Assembly: GCA_001724245.1 (NCBI GenBank)
Contig: MEDX01000022.1
Coordinates: 1-46,690 of the forward strand
Source of the DNA: Fonticula-like sp. SCN 57-25
Lineage: Eukaryota
Direction: 5' to 3'
Length of the DNA stretch: 46,690 nucleotides
Positions 33,701 to 44,173 of this stretch are shown in pieces. The translations under genes were made by a program, and so were the position numbers. The notes beneath the pieces were generated by a model, which was given only the letters and a program-made list of their open reading frames with translations, made no database searches and was not told where the DNA came from. Each line of letters starts with the position of its first letter. The first letter of the stretch is position 1.

Positions 33701-36307
33701 GCGCACCGCCTTTGAGCACGCGGGCGCAGCTGCGCTCAACTGGAGCCCCATTGATTTCCTCATTGCGGGTCACTTTGCCGAGCGCGAAATGTCGGACCGC
33801 GCAAAGTGCTGGCGAGTGCGCTTTGCGGTCGTGCCAATGTCGAGCGTCCCACAGAACGCAAAGCTGTTTAATATTCCGCAGGGCGACAGGCTCAGCGACG
33901 AGGAGCTTAGGATTGCCGCATTTGTAAAGTTTCTCGAGAGCTTTGACAAGGCAAAGCGGTACCCAAAGGAGCAGGTGACGGTATGGCTCGAGCACACGAC
34001 GCAGCAGGGGAGTGGCGAGCTGCTGCGCGTGGGGGCGCAGATGCGCGCGGAAAAGACGCAGAGGGCGCGGCTAAAGAGGGATCCGCTTTTGGGCATCTTG
34101 GCGGCCATGGTCGACCCTGAACAGTACGTGGATTATTGGCCGATATTTGTCATTTTGACCGCTTTGTCGCATTTGATGTCGCATTTGGGGGTCCTTTACG
34201 CGCTTTTTATGCATTTTTTGCTTACCCTCTTTATAGCGGCGTTCCAATCAAGGACCGCAAGTGGCACCGCCGCGTCTACCCCAAGTGCGCCGTCGGCCAT
34301 GAAATCACCGACTGGCTCTTTGCCAACGTCGAGGACGCCGACTCGCGCGAGGAAGCCATCAAGCTCGGCGAGGAGCTGCTGTCGGCGGGCATGCTGCTGC
34401 ACGTCAACAACACGCACCGCTTCCTGGACGGCTACTACTTTTACCAGCTGCGCGAGGACATGCTGGCCAAGCCAAAGGACGCGCAAAAGGAGGACGTGCC
34501 GCCGTCGTCAAGGAGATGGTTCAGGCTTGGCAAGCAGTACGGCTGTTATTGAATGTGTTTTGTATCTAAATTGGGGCGAATAGGGAAAAGCCGGCGTCGG
34601 CAATGTCGTCGCAGACGTCGCTTTTGTCGCCGTCAGTGTCGCATCAGTACCCGAATGGGGACAGCGTAAAATGCCTCGTCATCGATACGGACCCCAACAA
34701 GAAGAGGTACGAAATATATATGGGGGGTTTGTTGGTATTGTGTGCATTTAGCATGACTTTTTGGTGTTTTTGTGTTGTTTGCGAATGTTTTTTGTGTGTT
34801 TTCTCAATGTCACTGCATATTTTGTTCTTTTTTACCTTTCTCACACTGCTCAGCGACCGACCCGAGTGGGCACTTCTCCACTACGACACCTCCTTCCACC
34901 CCCAGCACGCCTACCACTTTCAGCTCCACTGGCTCGTCTGCACCGGTCGCCTTCTCGACGAGCTCCTCCAAACCTGGAGCCGCCGCGCGAACCAGCTCGG
35001 CCTTAGCCTTATCGAAGTCCCCATCACGCCCGGCTACCTTCAATCAGACGACACGCTGCTGTCGAGCGTGACTGTTCCTTTGGCCGTCCCGCCGCACACG
35101 CTCGCGTCGCTCAACCTCGACGATACTTTTTCGGACCTTCCGCCGACGTACTTTGAGGACGCGCTGCTGCGGCAGTTCAACTTTGTGTTTAGTGTGGGGC
35201 CGACGGACGCGGCGGCGGCGGCGAGGCCGGGGAGTAATGTGTTGGCGCACAAGTACCCGCAGTATATTCATAGGACTGGGTTTGCAATCGTGTATATTCT
35301 CGATGGCGGGCGCGGGTTCATCTGGGAAAACAACCGGCTTCTATGCAGCAGGTGCGAACATATATTTTTTGGAGTTTTTATGGGTGTTTTTTTGATTGGA
35401 TTTGTTAGTTTTGGATATGTTTGGTTCATTATCGTTTATTCGTTGGTCATTCCTAGTCCATTTTTGATCTTTCCGGCCCAATTTTCTGCTTTTGCTAACG
35501 ACCACTCAAAGAGTACCAAACTACAATTACCACGGCATGCTCGGCGAGTTCACCGAGTTTTGCGCAAACGGCGAAGAGCTCCGCCGCTTCTGGAACGACG
35601 AGCGCAGCCGCCTTCTCGCCCAAGTCGGCCATGACTCTGACGACGAAAAGGACGACGACGTGGCGGACGACGCGGCCATCGAAGGCACTTCCATGTCGAG
35701 CGAGTCGTCGCTTCGCCGCGCCGCTGCGGCGCTGAGCAGCGGCTGGAAGGGCGAGGCGCCGCCGCCGATGCGCGCGCCGGCGTCCTTCTCGGACGGCCAG
35801 GTGACGCCCGACCGCCGCGGCGCGCTCACGCAGCGCAAGAGCCAGGATACGAGCCAGTCGTCGCTTGCCGGCACGCCACAAGGCTCGTTGCCCGGCACGC
35901 CGACGGGGCCGTCGCGGCTGTCGTCGAGCGAGGCGCAGTTGCAGCCACAGGTGCCGCCTATCAGTGTACAGCGGCTCATGCACGCGGGCGGGCCGACGTC
36001 GCCGCCGCCTGCATCGTCAAAGACGGCGCTCAACAGCACAGCGCCGCCGTCGCCCGTTCTTTCGCGGCCGCCGGCTGGGCGCCTGCCTGCTGCTGCTGCC
36101 GCCGCCGCAGCGCAAAACGTTGTGTCGTCCATGTCGGCCGACGCAATCATCCCGTCGGCCGCGCCGCCTGTTGCTCAGCCGACAACTACAAATGCGCAGC
36201 GGTGGTTCTTTAGGCCAATGTCGGGCGGGCACGGCGGCATGCGCGGGACTGTCGCGCACTATATGGCGCTGCGGGAGACGAACGCAAACAGGCCGGGCTA
36301 CAAGTAG
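30709..36307 (+). CDS. DEPDC5: GATOR1 subunit DEPDC5/Iml1
   Basis: [72 protein letters not shown], DEP domain (KDRKWH...HRFLDGYYFY), HFQLHWLVCT, QYIHRTG; about 10 introns. Confidence 0.95.
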
Positions 36308-36354
36308 TTTTGGCTGCTTTCTTTGTTTACGTGTACATAATAAAGACTATCAAC

Positions 36355-37947
36355 TTAGATGAGTGTGATACTTGTGGCAGAGATGGCTCGCTTGTCGACG
36401 AAAAAGTCGACCGAGACGCCGCGGAAGAGCAGGCGGTGCTTGAGGTCGGTGCGTCGCTCAGGGGTCATGGCGGCAAAGACGCCGGCTGGCACGTCGAGCA
36501 GCGACTGGGCAGCGGCGCTGTCGAGCGGGACGGACGTCACAGAGCCGCTCGCGTCGCCAAAGGAGCAGCGAAGCGAATAAAACTGGTCACACAGCGAGGC
36601 ATCCTTGCCACACGAATCGCAGCCTTGCTCCTCAACAGCCTTGGAGCACGCCGGGCTGCAGAGCAGATTAGTACATAAATTGCATTTTCAATGCGCACCA
36701 GAATGTTTTAACGATGGGCTCGGGGCCGTCAATGTCACAGGCTGTCAGCATAAACTCGCCGCTGCATTGCGTCGGCGGGTGCGTTGGCTGGGCGGCGATC
36801 TCGCAGACGGTGTACGCATCGACGGGCTCGTCACGGATCACCGCTGCATCGGTGGAATACTGAACACTCGGCTGCTCGACGGCGCACTTTGCCGCCTCAG
36901 CGCGCAGCTGATTTGCGTACGGGACATTAATGTTGACATCGATCCATGAGCGGAACGTGGTGGACAGCTGCAGCGATCCGCGAAACTCGCCGGCGCGCGC
37001 CTGCGTGACAAACAGCACCGTGGGGCTGCCCGGTGTGTCCCAGCCGTCAGCGCTCGCGCACACGTCGCCCCACAGCGTCAACGTCACAGCCGACCGCGTC
37101 GTGTCGCACACGACAACGTCGCGCTTGCTTAGAGGGCCGCTGCCGTTCCGGCGGTCTATGGCAGATGAACGTGTAAGTAGCAGCAATGGTTCGTGAATAT
37201 TGACGTACTGACTGACTGCACGGGTCCGACCGACGTGACGGCGACCAAGATGGATGAAAGGCGCCCGCTCTTGCTATCAATCTCTTCGAGGTGCGTCCAC
37301 CGGAACGGCTGCACAATGTTGGGGCGCGCGAACCGGTCGCTGCCCGAAAACTCTGCGATGGAGGCATGCTTGCCAAACGACACGTGAAGCTCAAACATGG
37401 TCGTCGTCCAGTCGAGGTCCTGCTGCGCCTCCTGCTGCTGTTGCTGCTTGGGCCGGACTTCGGGGTTGACGATGCGCACTCGAGCGCCGATGGAAAAGTC
37501 GGCGTACTCGTTGCGCGCGTCTGACCAAATGACGACCGTAATCACGCCCGTGTTGTCCTTGATGACGAGCTTGCGCACAAAGCGCTCCATGCCGTCCTTG
37601 CGGCTGGTAAACGAGCGCGGCCCTTCAAACGCCACCACCTTGCCTATGACTGTCACGTTGGTCGCCATGCCAGATAGGTCGGCGATGTCGGCGAGAATCT
37701 CGGCGTTTGCCGCGCGGCCGTCGCCATAGTCGTCTTCCATTTTGTACTTGGCCGCCGGGTTGAACGGCGCGCGCGAGGCCAGCGGCGCATTTCTTTTGCG
37801 GGGAAATAGCACGGGCACCTCGCCGGCGTCGTCGCCGTCTTCAATGGCATCCTCGAATAGCCCGCGCTTGGCGCTCAACGGCGACGTCGGCGACGAGAAG
37901 AAGCGGCCGCGCGTTGTCGCCCGCAGCGGACTCGTAAACGCCGCCAT
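36355..37947 (-). CDS. MEIOB: Meiosis-specific OB-fold protein MEIOB
   Basis: IADLSGMATNVTVIGKVV...RKDGMERF, FSIGARVRIVNP, ILVAVTSVG, TLTLWG, a CxxC..CxxC Zn knuckle (CPAC..CDSC) and FAAMTPERRTDLKHRLL; 2 introns. Confidence 0.8.
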
Positions 37948-38030
37948 TCAACAGTCAAAACAGTCGCAGGCAGGGGAGGAAGGAAAAGTGAACCCAAAAG
38001 TGCATTGCGGTTCGCGTCAGCAGCACGGCG

Positions 38031-38060
38031 AATTCACTTTGGGCAAATTCACTTTGGGCA
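38031..38060. repeat. 15-bp perfect tandem duplication in the MEIOB/carrier divergent promoter
   Basis: aattcactttgggca x2. Confidence 0.95.
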
Positions 38061-38320
38061 TGCTCAGTCAGGAGCCATATGTGCCGACGTTGCACATATA
38101 ACATACCTACTATATAATATCAATATGTACACCGTGCCACCATACGCGTGCTTGCATAAACGTCGCTTGAGCTGCTTTCACGCCTCGCCTCTAATATGCG
38201 ATTCCGCCTTGCCGCCCACCTATTTGCCCCCCGATTCGCCCCTGTGGCAAAACGCTGACATCGGCTCGTCCAATCACGAGCCGATTTCGCGCATGTCAAC
38301 TAGATCCACGTGGCCACACC

Positions 38321-39521
38321 ATGGGCGATGGGTGGCGGCCGTTCGTGCTCGGCGGCATCGCCTGCTGCACCGCGGAGCTAGGTACTCGTTGCCGTGCGAT
38401 CGCTACTTGACAGCTGACTGTGTATAGTGACATTTCCGATTGACACGACCAAAACGCGCCTGCAAGTTCAGGGCCAGCACACGAGTGCATTCCTGCGCGA
38501 GCTTCACTACCGCAACATGTTCCACGCGCTCTACCGCATTCCGCAGGAGGAGGGATTTGCGCGACTCTATCGGGGGTACGTACAGCTGACTATGTACGTT
38601 TGACTAAGAAGCGCGACACAGACTGCCAGCCGCGCTGTTGCGCCAGTCCATCTACGGGACCCTCAAGCTCGGCATGTACCACAGCCTCAAGCGGTATTAC
38701 CACTGGTTGTCACATCAAAGATCACTAACGCGTGGCGTGTGTGTGCACAGGCGCGTCTACAGCGATTCAAAGAGTGCGTTGACACAAACTATTGTTTTGC
38801 GCATGCTGACGTAGGTTCAGAGGAGTCGATGGCGGCAAACACTGTGATGGCGGTAGTCTCGGGCGGCGTGTCGGCGGCCGTCGCGACCCCCACCGACCGC
38901 ATCAAGCTTCGCATGCAGGCGCAGAGCCCGACAGTGCGCTACACCAGTCTTTTAAACGCCTTTACCACTATCGTCAAGACAGAAGGTTTCGCGGGCCTTT
39001 ACAAGGTGCGCAGCGCACTATACTATTCCCTTTTGCTCACGTCTGCTAGGGAATTGGGCCTACGTCGCAGCGCGCCGCACTCGTGGCCGGCGTTGAGCTG
39101 CCTGTGTACGAATTTGTAAAGCACACGTTAACAGATAAGTATGGGTTCAGCGACACGGCGGGTACGCACTTTTTGTCCAGCTCGGTGAGCGGGTTCTGCA
39201 GTGCGTCCGCCTCGACACCCATCGACGTCGTAAAGGTACTCTTACTGCTGATATTCACGGGTCGCTAAACATATTATTTCAGTCGAGGTATATGAATCAG
39301 GCGATTGGTGAAAAGGAGGCGCTCTACCGCGGGTCGCTTGACTGCTTGATACGAACTGTTCGGACGGAGGGCGTCCGCGCGCTCTACAAGGGGTTTGTTC
39401 CCACGTTTGTGCGGCAGAGTCCCTGGAATATTGCGGTACGGCTCGATTTTTTCATATTGTTCGCTGACTGTGCACGCAGTGCTTTATGACATTCGAGCAG
39501 CTCAAGCGCATCGTTCCCTAG
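38321..39521 (+). CDS. Mitochondrial carrier, SLC25A30/SLC25A14 (KMCP1/UCP5)-like
   Basis: [71 protein letters not shown]; 7 introns including a 23-nt micro-exon. Confidence 0.9.
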
Positions 39522-39588
39522 TCGCGCGGTTGTATTACTTGTATTTAAATTGTCATATACACACATATATCTCTAATAATATCGGCTA

Positions 39589-40616
39589 TCACTCTAGCGC
39601 CGCGATAAGTTCCGGCGTCATTGCCTGCTCGGGAGTGCGCTTGGTGGCCAGGCGGCCCTGGCGCCACAGCTTCAGCAGCTCCCTCGCGACGACATTCTCA
39701 TTGTTGCTGTAGGCCGAGACGTACGACGCGGCCGCCTTGGCCCGCTCGTGGGCGTTGCGCACTGCCACACCCAAGCCAACACTATATAATGGTTAGAATG
39801 GCCGCCAAATAGCCAAAAGACAGCGCACGTTGAGAGAAACTCGACGTCGTTCTGGCCGTCACCGAATGCGACAACGAGCGACATGTCGTCGTTGATGCTG
39901 CGCATGAGGCCGGCGAGGCCGTGTCCCTTTTGCACGTCGTTGTCAAGCACTTCCACGAAAAACTCGGCGTTGACGAGGTTGACGCGAGGCCCGGCCTCGA
40001 GGTGGCGCTCGAGCGTAAGACGGCCTTGCTGCACCACGTGTTCGTCCTCCTTGTCAAACAAGAGAAGCACCTTTGTCGACGACCGCCCCTTGAAGGCCGT
40101 AATGTCTGGCACAAAGACGTACGACACCTGTGCGAGGCGCGAGTACTTGTCCTGCTGCCACACGTGCGCCTCGTTTGTCTCGCCGTAGAGGACGTCATCA
40201 ATGTAGAGGTTGACGCACGTGTTGGTTTGCTTGGCCCAGTCAATCAACGAGTCCGAGACGGAGGTCGGCAGCGGGCGGTGAAAGACAAGCGGGCGGCCAA
40301 GCGAGCGCTGCAGTGAGCAATACCCGCCATTGTAAGTCACAAGGTGGCAATCAATCTCCAGCGCCTTCTCATGAATAAGCACGCTCGGCGTCATGCGGCC
40401 GCTCGCGAGAATGATCACAACGCCCTCTTGAGACAGGGCGCGCAGCAGCTCTACCGTCTCCTTGTCAATGAACTTGCGGTCATTCAGCGTTGTGCCGTCC
40501 AGGTCAAGCGCCACATAGCGCAGCCGCGGGCCCTCGTCGCCCAGCGTCATGGTCACCACAGGTCGTCTGCCACGTGGTCGTGAATAAAATGGCGGGAAAT
40601 CATCGCCCGTCATCAC
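39589..40616 (-). CDS. Cof-type HAD-IIB hydrolase
   Basis: LDLDGTTLN, LASGR, VTYNG, VQKGHGL, AFGDGQNDVEFL, GVAVRNA; 1 intron. The start may be 40550. Confidence 0.9.
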
Positions 40617-40703
40617 AATGACGTCGTCGGGGCGCGCAGCGAAATAAAGGATGCAGGCGTCGACCGTGCCTTTGCACTTGCAGCGTCTCCTTTGTCCGAC
40701 GCA

Positions 40704-41616
40704 ATGTCCTTTCCCATGGATGCAACGCTAGTTGTGCGTTGCATGTACTGTGTTTTTTGTGCTAATCCCGCGTTGTTCTTAGACGCGCGTGTACGACACG
40801 TATGTCGACCGCCCCCTGGTTCGCATACTGCGGCCGATCGGCGAGCAGATCGACGCCATGTCGAGCAAGGCATGGCCCGTCGGCCGCCTTTTGCTGCTGG
40901 CTCCCATGGCGCTGGCAATGAAGTACCACCAGTATGAGCTCGCCGCTCTCCTTCTCGTCCTGCTGCACGTTGCTGATCGCGTCCACACGAGCGTTCGACC
41001 GGGCGGCGTGCTGGCGGCGGACTTTAACATGCGCGACGCAGACATGATCGCCACTCTTGGCCGCATGCGCTTTACTCTGACCGTGCTTGCCGGCAAAGTT
41101 GTTGTTATTTTAAGCCTGTGGACGGTCCTGATGGTGACCAATGCGCCGCCTGCGCAGAGCCTTGTCCTTTGGTGCACGTGCCTGTCACTGGCCGTCTTTG
41201 AGTGCGCCCACGCCGTTGCGCTCGTCATCGAGCACGTTGATATTGCGGCATCTATCCGAGCGGGCGCCGACGACCCCGAGTGGTCGCACCGCGTGCAGCC
41301 GGCCGTTGAGACGAACGCCCGGCACGCGATCGAGCTCACCGGCATCGCATTTGTCATGCTCGCGCACCGCCATTTCTCGCCGCTTACAAGCACAGTCGGC
41401 TCTGTCGGAATGGTTTTCCTCTGTGTGGCCATCTTTATGGCGGCGCGGTCGCTGCGGCTGGTGGCGGCAAAGTGCCTGCGCGCCGAGATTGCATACCAGG
41501 AGGCGCGTCGCAATGCTGCGGTTGCGCACAAGACGGCCGACCTCCAGGGTGCAGCATCATCCTCTACCTTTGCAAGCGGCGTTCGCATGCCCGAGACAAT
41601 CGCTCCGACTCGCTAG
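40704..41616 (+). CDS. Multi-pass membrane protein resembling a degenerate CDP-alcohol phosphotransferase
   Basis: Short exon MSFPMDATLV, intron, then the ORF to 41616 with about 6 hydrophobic segments; LHVADRVH...LG....GKVV occupies the place of DxxDGxxAR...GxxxDxxxDK. Confidence 0.5.
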
Positions 41617-41686
41617 CGGTATCGGCATTTGTAGTTTATGCAATGGATGATACAAAAATTAAAAAATGAGTGTCGTATGAATGATA

Positions 41687-42367
41687 CTAGAGGAGCCTTG
41701 TATGGCTGCTATCATGCATGTCATCGTCGTCCAGAGATATGTGGTCATCAAACACCAAAAGCTCGTGCATGTCATCAAGCTCGCCGCCGCGTTCAAGGTC
41801 AATGATCACTTCAGATTCGAGCATCTTGCTTCGGTTCCTGAGGCACCAAGCTTAGCGACTGTAAAGATGAGCAGATATGCGTACTTTTGGATCATGAAAA
41901 GCAACCGCGCAAGCTGCATGAGGTTACGAAACACCAGCGCAATGGTCCCCCCGACGCCAGCGTCCAGGTCACAGCCTTGTGAAACGAGTGCCAGCGCAAC
42001 GATGCAGACCGCGATTGACAGCACGTCGATTGTCGTCGAGCTGTCAATCGGCATCCGCACCCCAACCGCAAAGAGCCGCAGTGTCGTCTCGGTAATGATA
42101 ACCAGGTTCACTGCAATGTCCAGGACGATAAAGGTCGCGGACGGGCTGCGCAGCACGTCAGTTGGTCGGTTAACCAGCGAGGACCTCGTACCAAGGCATG
42201 ATGAAGGACCAGGCAACGGTCACAAAGTTCAGGAGGGCAACCATCACGTAGAATATTAAGAAGGCTCGCGTCGACGAAACGCGAATAATCGTCCCCCGCA
42301 GGTTTTCCGAAAACGACATGTGTCCGCCGGACGGCGTCCCGGACATGTCGAGCGTCCGCGACGCCAT
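41687..42367 (-). CDS. Small 4-TM voltage-sensor/ion-transport-like protein
   Basis: Four TM helices, ETTLRL in S2, IDVL in S3, S4-like LVFRNLMQLARL, acidic C-terminal tail; 2 introns. Confidence 0.65.
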
Positions 42368-42380
42368 TTTTGATAGCGCA

Positions 42381-42426
42381 ATCAGCGGAAATCAGCTGAA
42401 ATAAGCGGAAATCAGACAAATAAGCG
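42381..42426. repeat. Degenerate 10-bp tandem repeat in a bidirectional promoter
   Basis: atcagcggaa/atcagctgaa/ataagcggaa/atcagacaaa/taagcg. Confidence 0.8.
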
Positions 42427-42484
42427 TCCGTCAGATTTGCCGCCAAAATCCAAAAAAGTGACGGTTTCTCTGCATCAGGGCGCA

Positions 42485-44130
42485 ATGGCGGCGGCTGGCA
42501 GCACGTTCTCCGCGGTGACCCGCGGGACGATGGTGCGCTGGTCGTTTGACGGCAAGCGGGTTGCGTGCATTGCCAGCAAAACCCTTTATGTTTTCGACGG
42601 CTTGACGGCTGCTCTGGAGGCAAAGTGGAGCATGCCCGATGGCGTGCGCTCGCTCTCCTGGTCGCCCAGCGGTGATAAGGTGAGCGTGCTCATTCCGGCT
42701 ACGAATTCATTGTTGGTGTACTCTTTGCATTCACAGGACGGCCCAGCGTATCATATCGACGATCCCGCCGGCGGAATTGTTGCGAGCGCGTGGGCGCCGG
42801 ATGGCGCACATATCTTGACATGGACTGACTATGGCGTACGCCTCACTGGTGTGGGTGATCGCTCTTGCTAAACACGCGGGCATGTAGCTCAAGGCGGTAA
42901 TGTGGTTTGTGGAAGGGAAAGCGGGCCCAGTTGGGCAGTTTTTGAATGCAAAGGTGTGGAATGAAAAGGACGCGCTCGGTGGCGACAAGCGTGCGTGATG
43001 GAACCTATCAGTCCCGTTCTAACAATTCATCAGCCGTTTTCGCGTGCAGCACGAGCTCAAATCTCGCTGCGATGGTGGAGCGGACAGAAGGAAAGGACAC
43101 TGTGGCGCTGTACTCGCTGCCGGACTGGCTGCCGCTGCGGCGCGTTCCCTTGACGACGCTTGAGGCGGTCGGGGTCGAGTGGTCGCCCGACGGCCGCCAT
43201 GTGGCAGTCATCGAGAACCCTGTTCCCGTACGGAATTGTCTTTTACTTAATTTTACTTATGCACTGTTTTTAGTATGGCGTACACATTGTGGGCCTTGAT
43301 TGGAATGTGCACATCCTGACGGCGTGCGAGAACGAGCTGGGCGTCCGGTGCGTCCAATGGTCGCCAACAAATCGGCTACTGGCTGTCGGCAGCTATGACA
43401 ATACAATTCGGCTTTTTGAGAGCACACACTGGCAGCTTGCGTGCGCGCTTGCGAGCCCCACTACGACTGTCAGCCCGTCGGCGCGGTGTAAGGTGTTTGT
43501 CGAGGCGCAGCTGATCAACAACCAGCGCGCGAGCTCGCTGTCAGAGTACATGGTGGCGCACGCCGGAGCGACGTCATTTAGCAGTGCGTAAAAATATACT
43601 ATTGCGCCTTTTTGACACTGGGTGTGCAGTTGAGCAGCACAGTAGGGGGACATTCACGCTGCAGGGCCAGCCAAGCGCCAATGCAAACAAGGCGGCCGTG
43701 ATGCGCGGGATCACCTCGGTCGCGTTCAGCCCCGACGGCCGCTTTCTGCTGTCGCGATCAGGTACTCTTTTTTGTACGTTTTTTATGTTAATTTAACCAA
43801 ATCCGCGTAGAATCGACGCCATTTGCCGTCTTTGTGTGGGACCTTTCGCTCCCGCGCATGTGCGCCGTTTTCCTCTTTACGCAGCCGGTCCGCGCCGCCG
43901 CGTGGTGTCCCGAGGGCCTTCCTCTTTTAGCTATGAGCTGCGGCACGACGGCGGTGCACACGTGGAGCCTGCTTCACGGCGCTGTGTCGCACCAGCTCCC
44001 GCAGGCAGACTTTGAGACTCTCGGGCTGACGTGGAGCCCGGCCGGCGACGGCCTGCTTGTTCACGGTCGTGACAACTGGACGACGCTCTCGCTCAAGCGC
44101 GATGCAGAGACAGTCGAGACAAATGCATAA
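42485..44130 (+). CDS. WRAP73: WD40 protein WRAP73/WDR8
   Basis: IDDPAGGIVASAWAPDGAHIL, VEWSPDG, LGVRCVQWSP..RLLAVGSYD, FSPDGRFL...PFAVFVWDL, WSPAGDGLL; 5 introns. Confidence 0.85.
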
Positions 44131-44173
44131 CAATGTACATTAATCAATCGCAATATAATACACTCTAAATGGC

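Noticed and set aside
42900-43034. Apparent in-frame TGA in WRAP73 suggesting recoding
   Set aside because: Removed by a GTGCGT...CTAAC...CAG intron; all three stop codons terminate genes normally in this window.
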